Assembly (NCBI GenBank): GCA_021735105.1
Contig: JAIPHS010000002.1
Span: 1 to 44,282 of the forward strand
Source: Candidatus Omnitrophota bacterium
GTDB taxonomy: Bacteria > Omnitrophota > Gorgyraeia > Duberdicusellales > 4484-171
Length of the DNA: 44,282 nt
Direction: 5' to 3'
Made by a program: the position numbers and the translations under genes. Of this stretch, positions 11,657-20,944 are shown one piece after another. The notes below the pieces were generated by a model. It did not search any database. It was not told the origin of the DNA and saw only the letters and a program-made list of their open reading frames with translations. The stretch's first letter is position 1. Every line of letters starts with the position of its first letter.

Positions 11657-12146
11657 AAATTTAATAAAAGAAAAAAAACTAATTGAAAGTTATATGAACT
11701 TGGAAAAACAACTTACTCCAAATGGAATTGATTTAAGTGTAGCTAAAATATCACGATTTTTAGAAGCCGGATCTTTGGATTTTTCCAATAAAGAAAGAGT
11801 AATCCCTAAAACAGAAGAAATTATTCCGAATAAAAAAAATCCAGAAGATAAATATGGTTGGTGGAATCTTTCATCAGGTTCTTACAAGATAAAGATTAAT
11901 GAGGTGGTAAATTTACCGAATAATTTAACTGCTTTAGCTTTTAGCCGGACCTCTATTTTACGTATGGGGTGTTTGAGTTCTCATGGAGTTTGGGACGCAG
12001 GTTTTTCAGGTAAGGGGGAGTTTATTCTATCTGTTTTAAATCCGAATGGGGTAAAAATAAAAGAAAATGCCCGGATATGCCAGCTTGTTTTTTTTAAAAT
12101 TAAAAAAACTACAGAGTATAAAGGAATCCATAAACACTTAATCTGA
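11634..12146 (+). CDS. dCTP deaminase-family protein, short dUTPase-like form
   Basis: 170 aa. N-terminus and SRTSILRMG ... ICQLVFF resemble trimeric dCTP deaminase/dUTPase. Overlaps the upstream gene by 23 nt. Confidence 0.78.
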   Translation: MLNKKEIKNLIKEKKLIESYMNLEKQLTPNGIDLSVAKISRFLEAGSLDFSNKERVIPKTEEIIPNKKNPEDKYGWWNLSSGSYKIKINEVVNLPNNLTALAFSRTSILRMGCLSSHGVWDAGFSGKGEFILSVLNPNGVKIKENARICQLVFFKIKKTTEYKGIHKHLI

Positions 12147-12166
12147 AGATAGATTAATGGGGAAAA

Positions 12167-12391
12167 ATGCCGGAAGATTTTTTTGACTATAACCAAAAAG
12201 TTGAACAAAAAGATGACCTGGATTTTGATAATCTAATCCAATGCCTTCATTGCAAAAGACCTATCCCTCAAGATGCTATTAATTGTTACTATTGCGGCAA
12301 GCCAGTAGATTTAAATAAAAAATCAAAATGGGTTTATATGGTGGTTTTTCTAGCAGTTATTATTCTACTGAGTTATTTAATCTTTTTCTAA
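12167..12391 (+). CDS. Zinc-ribbon protein with C-terminal transmembrane helix
   Basis: 74 aa. CLHC-x13-CYYC followed by the hydrophobic tail WVYMVVFLAVIILLSYLIFF. Confidence 0.5.
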   Translation: MPEDFFDYNQKVEQKDDLDFDNLIQCLHCKRPIPQDAINCYYCGKPVDLNKKSKWVYMVVFLAVIILLSYLIFF

Positions 12392-12475
12392 AAAAGAAAT
12401 GGTTTTTAAGGCACTTTGCCGAGGAATTTGGCTCAGTGCTATTGAAAATTAAGGTATTCTCAATAGGAGGAAAAT

Positions 12476-12883
12476 ATGGAAATAATTAATGTTTCCACTA
12501 AAAAAAGAAATGAATTTATTGATATTAGCTCGAAGCTAAAAGAGATAGTAAAAAAATCACAGTCAAAACAGGGAATTTGTCTTTTATCTTGCGCCCATAC
12601 TACCGCTGCTTTAACTATAAATGAAAACGCTGATCCGGCAGTTTGCGAAGATATTATAAATTACCTAAACCAACTTGTTCCCGCCGGTAAGGGCTATAGG
12701 CATAGAGAAGGTAATTCGGACTCTCATATAAAAAGCTCTCTTTTAGGACCTACTCTAGAGTTAATTATCGAAAACAATGAGATTGTTTTAGGAACTTGGC
12801 AAGGAATATATTTTTGTGAATTTGATGGTCCCCGAGAAAGAAAAGTGTATGTTAAAATAATAGAAAAACAAAACAGAGGATAA
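12476..12883 (+). CDS. yjbQ: YjbQ/UPF0047 family protein (secondary thiamine-phosphate synthase)
   Basis: 135 aa. TAALTINENADP, HREGNSDSHIKSSLLG, GTWQGIYFCEFDGPRERKV. AGGAGG RBS upstream. Confidence 0.85.
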   Translation: MEIINVSTKKRNEFIDISSKLKEIVKKSQSKQGICLLSCAHTTAALTINENADPAVCEDIINYLNQLVPAGKGYRHREGNSDSHIKSSLLGPTLELIIENNEIVLGTWQGIYFCEFDGPRERKVYVKIIEKQNRG

Positions 12884-12888
12884 AAATT

Positions 12889-13689
12889 ATGCCTGAGTTA
12901 CCAGAAGTTGAGACCATAAAAAGAGAATTAGAGGAAAAACTTTTAAATAAAAAAATTATTGGTGTAAAGGTTAATAATTCTAAAGTTATTAAAGAGCCGG
13001 CATTTTCTGAATTTAAAAAGCAAATTATCGGAGAAAAGATTAAAAAAATAATAAGAAGAGGAAAGCTTCTTGTTATTGAATTAAAAAAAGATAAGTTTTT
13101 AGTTATTCATCTAAGGATAACTGGGTGGTTTAAGTATGGAAAGATAGAAGAAAAAGCAAGAGTTATCTTTGAGCTTTCAGGCGGCCAGTTTCTCAATTAT
13201 ATGGATTCAAGGCTTCTGGGGCAGTTAAGCTTAAGGAAAGAATATAAAGATTTAGACTTTTTAAAAAGATTGGGCCCGGAAATTTTTCATCTAACCCGCA
13301 AACAATTTGGGAAAAAATTAGAAAGTAGAAAAGGTAGTATTAAAGCCTTGATTATGAACCAAAATTTTATTGCCGGGGTTGGAAATATTTATGCTCAAGA
13401 GGCTTTATTTTTGGCTAAAATTGATCCGCGCCGAACGGCAAAAAGTTTAACTGCTAAAGAAAAGGATAAGCTTTATGAAAAATTGAAGGCAGTATTAACT
13501 GAAGCGATAGAATACAAAGGGTCTTCGGTTGATTCTTACAGAAATTTAAAAGGCCAGGCCGGAGGCATGGAAAAACGGCTTAAAGTTTATGGAAAAAGAA
13601 ACCAACCATGCCTAATTTGCAAAAAACCACTTAAAAAAATAACTATAGCAGGAAGGGGAACTTGTTTTTGCCCCAATTGCCAAACATAG
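12889..13689 (+). CDS. mutM: Formamidopyrimidine-DNA glycosylase
   Basis: 266 aa. N-terminal MPELPEVET, H2TH region, C-terminal zinc finger CLIC...CFCPNCQ. Confidence 0.93.
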   Translation: MPELPEVETIKRELEEKLLNKKIIGVKVNNSKVIKEPAFSEFKKQIIGEKIKKIIRRGKLLVIELKKDKFLVIHLRITGWFKYGKIEEKARVIFELSGGQFLNYMDSRLLGQLSLRKEYKDLDFLKRLGPEIFHLTRKQFGKKLESRKGSIKALIMNQNFIAGVGNIYAQEALFLAKIDPRRTAKSLTAKEKDKLYEKLKAVLTEAIEYKGSSVDSYRNLKGQAGGMEKRLKVYGKRNQPCLICKKPLKKITIAGRGTCFCPNCQT

Positions 13690-13692
13690 AAT

Positions 13693-13715
13693 CATTCCAC
13701 CTCGTAGGTGGAATG
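13693..13715 (+). terminator. 9-bp hairpin after mutM (cattccacc-tcgta-ggtggaatg), no U-tract
   Basis: Perfect 9-bp stem with a 5-nt loop, 4 nt after the stop codon. Followed by an A-run rather than a T-run, so its role as an intrinsic terminator is uncertain. Confidence 0.3.
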
Positions 13716-13747
13716 AAAAAGAGTAATCAAAATTAACTAAAATTAGC

Positions 13748-15541
13748 ATGTTAGTTTCATCTTTGGGAAAATTATCTAAGTTAAAGCCTCCTTATGTTTT
13801 TTTGGATACAACCAAAAAGGATCAGGAAAATAAAGAATCATTGCTTTTTTCTAAACCTGTCGATATTTTAAAGTTTAATTATCATGATTCGCCTGATTTG
13901 TTTTTTAAAAAAATAGAAAGTTATCTAAAAAAAGGATTTTGGCTGGCAGGATATTTTTGTTATGAATTTGGTTATTGTCTGGAGGAGAGCCTAAAAAATT
14001 TACAAGAAAAAAATAATTTACCACTTGCCTGGATGATAGTTACAAAAGCTCCAAAAAAAATCAGACTCAGAAACAGTAACTATTCAACAAAAAAAAGTCC
14101 TTTTATAAGAAATCTAAAAATAAATATTAGCAAAAAAGAGTATAAAAAGAAAGTAGAAAAAATTAAATATTTCCTAAAAGAAGGGTTTAGCTATCAGGTC
14201 AACTTTACCTTTAAGATGGATTTTGATTTTAAAGGAGACCCGGTAGAGTTTTATAGTTATTTGCGTAATAGCCAGCCTACTCCGTATGCAGCTTTGTTAA
14301 GGCCTGATCAGAAAAACTTTTTTCTTTCCTTTTCTCCGGAACTTTTTATTAGAAGTGATGGAAAAAAAATTATAACCCGGCCGATGAAAGGAACTATATC
14401 ACGAGGGGCAACCAGCAGCAAAGATAAAGATAAAAAAAAGCAACTTGCTAGGAGCAAAAAAATCAAAGCAGAAAATGTTATGATTACCGATCTCCTAAGA
14501 AATGATTTAGGTAGAATTTCAACCAAGATAACGGTTCCCAAACTTTTTAGTGTAGAAAAATACAGAACTCTTTACCAGATGACCTCTACCATTGAAGCAA
14601 GGTTGGGCAAAAATAAAAAACTAAAAGATATATTTTCGGCTCTTTTTCCTTGCGGGTCAGTTACCGGAGCACCTAAGATAAAGACTATGAAGATAATTAA
14701 AGAGTTGGAAAAAGAGCCAAGAGGAATCTATACTGGTGCAATCGGGTATATTAATCCCAAAAAACAATTTTGTTTTAATGTAGCGATAAGAACTGTCCAT
14801 ATCAAAGAAAGTAAAGGCCAGCTAGGTATTGGCGGAGGAATTTTGTATGATTCTCAAAAAGAATCAGAATATAAAGAAGCTTTGCTTAAGGCCAATTTTT
14901 TTACAAAAACTAATCTTTTCCCAAAGTTAATTGAAACAATACTTTGGTCTAAGGATAAAGGATTTTGGCTGCTTGATTTACATCTAATGAGGCTTAAAAA
15001 TTCTTCTGCCTATTTTTCATTTCCTTTTTATCAAGATAAGATAAAAAAAGAGTTAGAGAAAAAGGTAAAAGGCAAAAAGAAAGATATTAAAATCAGGCTT
15101 TCAGTTGATTCAAAAGGTAAAATTGATTCTTCTGCAACAAGACTAGAAAAAATGCGGCAACCAATTAAGATTAAAATAAATTCTCAAAAAATTAATCCCG
15201 ATGATATTTTTCTTTATCACAAAACAACTAACCGAAATTTCTATGAGCGGGAGAGAAAAAAGGCTGAAAAAGAAGGTTTTTTTGAAACTATCTTTTTAAA
15301 CAAATTCAAAGAGGTTACAGAAGGAACAATTACAAATATATTTTTAGAAAAAAAGAAAAAGCTTTTTACCCCGCCTATCTCTTGCGGCCTTTTGGGAGGA
15401 GTTTTGAGGAAACATTTAATTAAGGAAAAGAAAGCCTTTGAAAAAAAACTTTATCTAAAAGATTTAAAAGAAGCAGATAAAATATATATTGGCAACTCAG
15501 TACGGGGATTGCTTAAAGCCAATCTTATCATACCGCAATAA
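13748..15541 (+). CDS. pabBC: Fused aminodeoxychorismate synthase component I / aminodeoxychorismate lyase (PabB-PabC)
   Basis: 597 aa. Chorismate-binding domain (SFSPELFIR, PCGSVTGAPK, RGIYTGAIGY) followed by about 200 aa of class-IV aminotransferase fold (YHKTTNRNFY, TEGTITNIF, LLGGVLR). Confidence 0.85.
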   Translation: MLVSSLGKLSKLKPPYVFLDTTKKDQENKESLLFSKPVDILKFNYHDSPDLFFKKIESYLKKGFWLAGYFCYEFGYCLEESLKNLQEKNNLPLAWMIVTKAPKKIRLRNSNYSTKKSPFIRNLKINISKKEYKKKVEKIKYFLKEGFSYQVNFTFKMDFDFKGDPVEFYSYLRNSQPTPYAALLRPDQKNFFLSFSPELFIRSDGKKIITRPMKGTISRGATSSKDKDKKKQLARSKKIKAENVMITDLLRNDLGRISTKITVPKLFSVEKYRTLYQMTSTIEARLGKNKKLKDIFSALFPCGSVTGAPKIKTMKIIKELEKEPRGIYTGAIGYINPKKQFCFNVAIRTVHIKESKGQLGIGGGILYDSQKESEYKEALLKANFFTKTNLFPKLIETILWSKDKGFWLLDLHLMRLKNSSAYFSFPFYQDKIKKELEKKVKGKKKDIKIRLSVDSKGKIDSSATRLEKMRQPIKIKINSQKINPDDIFLYHKTTNRNFYERERKKAEKEGFFETIFLNKFKEVTEGTITNIFLEKKKKLFTPPISCGLLGGVLRKHLIKEKKAFEKKLYLKDLKEADKIYIGNSVRGLLKANLIIPQ

Positions 15542-15593
15542 TTTGGGGAAGAATGAGAATTGAGAAAGTATTCATTTCTGGTAAAATAGGGCG

Positions 15594-16391
15594 ATGCGGG
15601 CAAAAGTAAAACAATTAAAAGTAGAGATAAAAGAGGTTAAAAAGGTAAAAAATGATATTTTTTTGCTTAACTTCCAATCAAGCTATGTCGCAAGGGCTGC
15701 TCAACCCGGTAATTTTCTGCATTTAAAATTAAAATCAACAATATTACGCAGGCCCTTGAGTATTCACAGAATAAAAAACAATTTAATCTATATGCTCTTT
15801 AAAGTAAGAGGTCGAGGCACAAGAGTTCTAGCTAAAAAGAAAAAGAATGATCAGTTAGATGTTATCGGGCCGTTAGGAAATGGGTTTAAGGTAAAAAATG
15901 GAGAAAATTCAATTTTGGTTGCTGGAGGAATCGGAGTTGCTCCTTTGTTATTTTTGGCGCAGAAGTTGGTAAAAAGTCCAACGTTCAACGTCAAGCGTCC
16001 AACGTCAAAAAATATAATATTGATGGGGGCAAGAGATAGAAAGGAAATTGTTTGCGAAAAAGAATTTAAGAACTTAGGTTTTCAAGTTAATATATCTACC
16101 GAAGACGGTTCAAAAGGCGAAAAGGGCTTTGTTACTGACTTACTAAAAAAACGACTTAGGACTTTAGATTTAGGGCTTAGGACGAATGTATATGTTTGCG
16201 GCCCCAAAGATATGTTTTATCAAATAAGTAAAATTGTAAAAAATTACGAGAATGTAAATACACAGCTTTCTTTTGAGCAGTTTATGGGGTGTGGGGTTGG
16301 AGTTTGTTGTGCTTGTGTTATTCCTGCTAAGGCTGGTTATAAAAAAGTATGTCAAGATGGGCCAGTGTTTGCCCTAGAAAAAATATATTAA
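15594..16391 (+). CDS. pyrK: Dihydroorotate dehydrogenase electron-transfer subunit
   Basis: 265 aa. FAD motif RRPLSIH, GGIGVAPL, C-terminal 2Fe-2S cysteines CGVGVCCACV...C. Confidence 0.9.
   Translation: MRAKVKQLKVEIKEVKKVKNDIFLLNFQSSYVARAAQPGNFLHLKLKSTILRRPLSIHRIKNNLIYMLFKVRGRGTRVLAKKKKNDQLDVIGPLGNGFKVKNGENSILVAGGIGVAPLLFLAQKLVKSPTFNVKRPTSKNIILMGARDRKEIVCEKEFKNLGFQVNISTEDGSKGEKGFVTDLLKKRLRTLDLGLRTNVYVCGPKDMFYQISKIVKNYENVNTQLSFEQFMGCGVGVCCACVIPAKAGYKKVCQDGPVFALEKIY
15977..16011 (+). repeat. Heptamer array inside pyrK (tccaacg ttcaacg tcaagcg tccaacg tcaaaaa)
   Basis: Read directly. Encodes SPTFNVKRPTSK within the linker after LAQKL. Confidence 0.75.
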
Positions 16392-16428
16392 ATTTGAAAA
16401 TTAAGAGGTTATAGAATAAAATGAAAAG

Positions 16429-17334
16429 ATGAATTTAGCAGTTAATATCGGCAAACTAAAATTAAAGAACCCGATCATTTGCGCCTCTGGTACTTTTGGC
16501 TTTGGTGATGAGTTAAAAGGCTTGGCAGATTTTTCATCGATTGGTGCTGTAGTTTCAAAAACAATTACAGTTGATCCTAAAGAAGGTAATCTTCCTCCCA
16601 GAATTTATGAAACTGATTGCGGGGTGATCAATTCAATAGGGCTAGCTAATCCCGGGGTTGATTCTTTTATTAAAGAAAAGCTTCCTGCTTTAGGAAAATT
16701 GCAAACTAAACATATTATAAGTTTAGGCGGTTTTTCTGAAAAAGAATACAAGCAATTAATAAAAAAGCTAGATAAACAAAAAGAGGTTGATGCTTTTGAG
16801 CTCAACTTGTCTTGTCCTAATCTGGGTAAGAAGAAATTAATTTCTCAAAGCCAAAAATTAACTTATAATCTCATCAAGAATTTAAGGAAATTAACAAAAA
16901 AACCTTTAATCGCAAAAGTTACTCCGGAGGTAACCGATATTATAGAAATAGCTAAAGCTGTTAGTGATGCCGGAGCCGATGCTGTTTCGATGGTAAATAC
17001 TTATTTTTCTTTAGCTATTGATATAGAGACAAAAAAATCGTACTTAGGAAATATTAGTGGAGGTTATTCAGGGCCGGCGATAAAGCCGATGAGTTTGTAT
17101 AAAGTATGGCAGGCGGCAAATTCTATCGATATTCCTGTAATCGGCGGCGGAGGAATTACAAACTACAAGGATGCAATAGAATTTTTTCTTGCCGGATCAA
17201 CTGCAGTAAGCCTGGGAACTATAAATTTAGCTTATCCAAATGCAGCAGAAAGTATCTTGGCAGAGATAAAAAAATATATGAAAAAAAATAAAATGAAAAA
17301 TTTAGGAAATTTAAGGAGAAGTTTTAATGGATAA
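16429..17334 (+). CDS. pyrD: Dihydroorotate dehydrogenase (class 1B) catalytic subunit
   Basis: 301 aa. ASGTFGFG, LNLSCPN, IGGGGI motifs. Follows pyrK. Confidence 0.93.
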   Translation: MNLAVNIGKLKLKNPIICASGTFGFGDELKGLADFSSIGAVVSKTITVDPKEGNLPPRIYETDCGVINSIGLANPGVDSFIKEKLPALGKLQTKHIISLGGFSEKEYKQLIKKLDKQKEVDAFELNLSCPNLGKKKLISQSQKLTYNLIKNLRKLTKKPLIAKVTPEVTDIIEIAKAVSDAGADAVSMVNTYFSLAIDIETKKSYLGNISGGYSGPAIKPMSLYKVWQAANSIDIPVIGGGGITNYKDAIEFFLAGSTAVSLGTINLAYPNAAESILAEIKKYMKKNKMKNLGNLRRSFNG

Positions 17335-18019
17335 TTTATGGCCCAGGTTAGTTGTTGCCCTAGATTTAGATTCTGAAATTAAGATAAAGCAGATAATTGA
17401 TAAGCTTTCGGCTAAGGTAGAAAAATTCAAAATAGGGCCTGTGGCCTATACTAGATTTGGTCCTAATGTTATTGATTGGGTTCGGCAAAAAAACGCAGAG
17501 GTATTTTTGGATTTTAAACTTTATGATATTCCAAATACTATGGCAGAGACAGCCAAAGCATTTATAGATTTAGACATTTGGGCATTTACCGTGCACCTAA
17601 AGGCTGGCCGGGATAGTATATCGATATTAACTGAAAAAGTTTCTGAATATGCTAAAGAAAAAAATAAAAGAGCTCCTTTAATTTTTGGAGTTACAGAGCT
17701 AACTTCAAAAGAAGCTTCTTTTGATCAAATTTTAAATTTGGCTAAACAAGGCAAAAAAGCAGGAATCCAGGGGATAGTCTGTAGTGTCTGGGAAGCAAAA
17801 GCGATCAAGCAAAAAACAGGGCTGCTTGCTGTAACTCCCGGGATAAGGCCAACCGGCCAGCAGACTAAAGAAAATATAATTTCTGATGATCAAAAAAGAG
17901 TTGCTAATTTAACCGATACAGTTAAAGCCGGTTCTGATTATTTTGTGGTGGGCCGGCCTATTGTCAAAAGTGACAATCCATATAATTCTGCAAAGAATTT
18001 GATAGAAAGCGCAACTTAA
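17327..18019 (+). CDS. pyrF: Orotidine 5'-phosphate decarboxylase
   Basis: 230 aa. LVVALD, DFKLYDIPNT, VVGRPI motifs. 8-nt overlap with pyrD. Confidence 0.92.
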   Translation: MDNLWPRLVVALDLDSEIKIKQIIDKLSAKVEKFKIGPVAYTRFGPNVIDWVRQKNAEVFLDFKLYDIPNTMAETAKAFIDLDIWAFTVHLKAGRDSISILTEKVSEYAKEKNKRAPLIFGVTELTSKEASFDQILNLAKQGKKAGIQGIVCSVWEAKAIKQKTGLLAVTPGIRPTGQQTKENIISDDQKRVANLTDTVKAGSDYFVVGRPIVKSDNPYNSAKNLIESAT

Positions 18020-18038
18020 AAGTAGATTTTAAAATAAT

Positions 18039-18066
18039 TTGCATTTTTATTACAAAGTCTTATAAT
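18039..18066 (+). promoter_or_regulatory. Sigma70-like promoter of the V-ATPase operon (TTGCAT-N16-TATAAT)
   Basis: TTGCAT at 18039-18044, 16-nt spacer, TATAAT at 18061-18066. AGGAGGA RBS at 18084-18090 before the ATG at 18096. Confidence 0.5.
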
Positions 18067-18095
18067 TTTATTTCATAATTACCAGGAGGAAACAT

Positions 18096-18707
18096 ATGGA
18101 TGTTAAATTAGAGAGTTTAATCGAAAAAATCAAAAAAGAAGGTGTTGACCAAGCTCAGCAACAATCAGATCAAATAATAAAGGATGCTCATGCTAAAGGA
18201 AAAGAAATAATTCAAAAGGCAAAAGACCAAGCCCAAAAAATCAAAAAAGAGGCAGAAAAAGAAGCTCAAAAGTTTCAGGAAAATGCAAAAATCTCTCTAA
18301 AGCAAGCTGCGCGAAATGTAATCCTTTCGATAAGAGAAAAACTTATTTCTATCTTTGATAGTATTTTAAAGCGCGAGCTAAAAGAATCTTTAAGCCCAGA
18401 GGCAATAGTAAAAATGTTAGAATCTATAATTGATAAATGGAGCAAAGAAAAGGATAAGGAGTTTGAAGTTTTAGTAAACAAAAAAGATAAAAAAGAATTA
18501 GAAGAATTGGTCTTGGCAAAATTTGCTCAAGGAGCCCACGATAAGATAGAGATAAAAAGTTCCAGCCAAATAGAAAAGGGTTTTCAAATCGGGATAAAGG
18601 GAGAAGATACCCACTATGATTTTTCTGATGAAGGCATAACAGAGAGTTTATCGGTTTTTCTAAATCCTGCCATAGCAGACTTAATTTCAGATAAAAAGAA
18701 TGGATAA
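18096..18707 (+). CDS. ntpE: V-type ATPase subunit E
   Basis: 203 aa. Long K/E/Q-rich N-terminal helix plus a globular C-terminal domain. First gene of the operon. Confidence 0.8.
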   Translation: MDVKLESLIEKIKKEGVDQAQQQSDQIIKDAHAKGKEIIQKAKDQAQKIKKEAEKEAQKFQENAKISLKQAARNVILSIREKLISIFDSILKRELKESLSPEAIVKMLESIIDKWSKEKDKEFEVLVNKKDKKELEELVLAKFAQGAHDKIEIKSSSQIEKGFQIGIKGEDTHYDFSDEGITESLSVFLNPAIADLISDKKNG

Positions 18708-19206
18708 ATATTACTATCTTATTACCCAGCTTCCTTTTCTTAAGTTTGGAGAGCAAAATTATATAGATAATGATTCTTTTTTAGAAGAAGCAAAGAAATG
18801 GTTAAGCGAGGAAAACTTTAAAAATTTGCAAGAAGCTAATATTGATGATTTAAAGGAAAAAACTAAAGTAAAGTTTTTGCAAGAATATAAAAAATTTGAA
18901 CTAACTTTAAGAAGAGAGTTAGCTGCTTACAGAGAAAACAAAAGAAGACAACAAGAATATCACTCAAAAGAAGTTTTAAAAAAAGATCTTATAGAGGGGA
19001 ACCCTTTAGAAGTTGAAAAGAAGTTATTGTATTATCGATGGCAACAAATAGAAGAAAGCTCCAAGGATTATGTTTTTAATTTTGAAGCGGTAATCGCTTA
19101 TTTTTTAAAACTGCAAATTTTAGAAAAAGTATTAAGTTTTGATAAAGAAAAAGGAACTAAAAAATTTGATTCATTAATAGAGGTAGAAGATGCAAAAATT
19201 CGGTAA
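18700..19206 (+). CDS. DUF2764-like V-ATPase accessory protein (occupies the subunit C slot)
   Basis: 168 aa. N-terminal YYYLITQLPFL resembles DUF2764 proteins found between E and A in Bacteroidetes/Chlamydia-type V-ATPase operons. Confidence 0.55.
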   Translation: MDKYYYLITQLPFLKFGEQNYIDNDSFLEEAKKWLSEENFKNLQEANIDDLKEKTKVKFLQEYKKFELTLRRELAAYRENKRRQQEYHSKEVLKKDLIEGNPLEVEKKLLYYRWQQIEESSKDYVFNFEAVIAYFLKLQILEKVLSFDKEKGTKKFDSLIEVEDAKIR

Positions 19207-20944
19207 AATAGTTGCAATTAGCGGGAATATGATTACAGTTGAATTTGGTGAAAGTGTTTCCCAAAATGAAGTAGGTTATGTGGTGGTGGGCCGGCAGCGC
19301 CTTAAATCGGAAGTAATCCGCATAAGCCAAGATACTGCTTCTATGCAAGTTTTTGAAGATACGAAAGGAATAAAAGTAGGAGATAAAATTGAATTTTCCG
19401 GTGAGATGATTTCAGTTGAACTTGGCCCGGGCCTCTTAGGTCAAGTTTATGACGGCCTGCAAAACCCTCTTCATGATTTAGCTAAAGAATGCGGTGTTTT
19501 TTTACCAAGGGGTAGACAGCTTGAGGCTATAGATAATCAAAAAAAGTGGCACTTTAGGCCTAAAGAAAAGATAAAAGGAAAAAAAGTTTCAGCCGGCCAG
19601 CCTCTAGGTTATGTTGAAGAAGGTATTTTTAAGCATTTCATTTTTGTTCCTTTTTCTGTCAAAGGAGATTTGACTGTTACTGAACTTTCTTCAGAAGGTG
19701 ACTATAAAGTTAAGGATAAAATTGCAATCTTAAAAAGCCAAGACGGCAATACCATTGAAGTAACCATGGTTGCTATTTGGCCGGTTAAAATTCCAATTTC
19801 AGCTTATAACCAAAAACTTACCCCGCAAGAACCACTAATTACTAAGATGAGGATTTTAGATACTTTTTTCCCGGTTGCAAAGGGAGGTACTTATTGTATA
19901 CCCGGCCCATTTGGTTCTGGGAAAACTGTTCTCCAACAACTTATAAGCCGCTATGCAGATGTGGATATTGTGATTCTTGCTGCTTGCGGAGAAAGAGCCG
20001 GGGAGGTGGTTGAAACTTTAAAAGAATTTCCAAAATTAAAAGATCCGCGCACAGGGCGTTCTCTTATGGAGCGGACTATTGTTATTTGTAATACAAGTTC
20101 TATGCCGGTTGCAGCAAGAGAGGCATCTGTTTATACTGCGGCAACTTTAGGCGAGTATTATCGCCAGATGGGGCTTAACGTTTTACTTTTGGCAGATTCT
20201 ACTTCTCGGTGGGCTCAAGCTCTGCGTGAAATTTCAGGAAGATTGGAAGAAATCCCCGGGGAAGAAGCATATCCTGCCTATCTTGAATCCCGGATTGCTG
20301 AATTTTATGAAAGGGCTGGCCATATTCAACTCCCTTTTGATGCAAAAGGAAGCCTTACTATTGGCGGAACTGTTTCACCAGCGGGAGGAAATTTTGATGA
20401 GCCGGTTACACAATCTACTCTCAAGGTGGTAGGTGCTTTTCATGGGTTATCGCGGGATAGAGCCAATGCCCGTAAATATCCTTCGGTTGACCCGCTGCAG
20501 AGTTGGTCGCGCTATCAAACTCCTTTAGATAAAGAGAGAGTGAAAAAAGCCAGAGAGGTTTTAATTAAGGGAGATGAAGTGAACCAGATGATGAAAGTTG
20601 TAGGTGAAGAAGGAACTTCAATAGATGATTATCAATTATACCTAAAGGCAGATTTTTTAGATACAGTTTATTTGCAGCAAAACGGGTTTAATCCAATAGA
20701 TGCAGCAACAGATATTGAAAGACAAGTTTATACCTTTGATAAAATATTTTCTATTCTTGATACTGAATTCAGTTTTTCTGATAAAGATCATGCCAGAACG
20801 ATGTTTTATCAGTTAAGGTCACTTTTTATTGATTGGAACTATACCGAAATTGATTCAAATAAATATAAAAAATTAGAAAAAAAAATTAACAATTTTTTAA
20901 ATTCACAAAAACATAAAGAAGAAGATGATGAAGAAAGTTCATAG
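19190..20944 (+). CDS. ntpA: V-type ATPase catalytic subunit A
   Basis: 584 aa. Walker [10 protein letters not shown], non-homologous insert region, [18 protein letters not shown]. Confidence 0.96.
   Translation: MQKFGKIVAISGNMITVEFGESVSQNEVGYVVVGRQRLKSEVIRISQDTASMQVFEDTKGIKVGDKIEFSGEMISVELGPGLLGQVYDGLQNPLHDLAKECGVFLPRGRQLEAIDNQKKWHFRPKEKIKGKKVSAGQPLGYVEEGIFKHFIFVPFSVKGDLTVTELSSEGDYKVKDKIAILKSQDGNTIEVTMVAIWPVKIPISAYNQKLTPQEPLITKMRILDTFFPVAKGGTYCIPGPFGSGKTVLQQLISRYADVDIVILAACGERAGEVVETLKEFPKLKDPRTGRSLMERTIVICNTSSMPVAAREASVYTAATLGEYYRQMGLNVLLLADSTSRWAQALREISGRLEEIPGEEAYPAYLESRIAEFYERAGHIQLPFDAKGSLTIGGTVSPAGGNFDEPVTQSTLKVVGAFHGLSRDRANARKYPSVDPLQSWSRYQTPLDKERVKKAREVLIKGDEVNQMMKVVGEEGTSIDDYQLYLKADFLDTVYLQQNGFNPIDAATDIERQVYTFDKIFSILDTEFSFSDKDHARTMFYQLRSLFIDWNYTEIDSNKYKKLEKKINNFLNSQKHKEEDDEESS

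Noticed and set aside
11634-12146. dCTP-deaminase-type anti-phage nucleotide-depletion system
   Set aside because: The protein is a minimal 170-aa enzyme without the extra sensor or kinase-like domains of the defence versions. It sits among nucleotide-metabolism genes, so a housekeeping role is more parsimonious.
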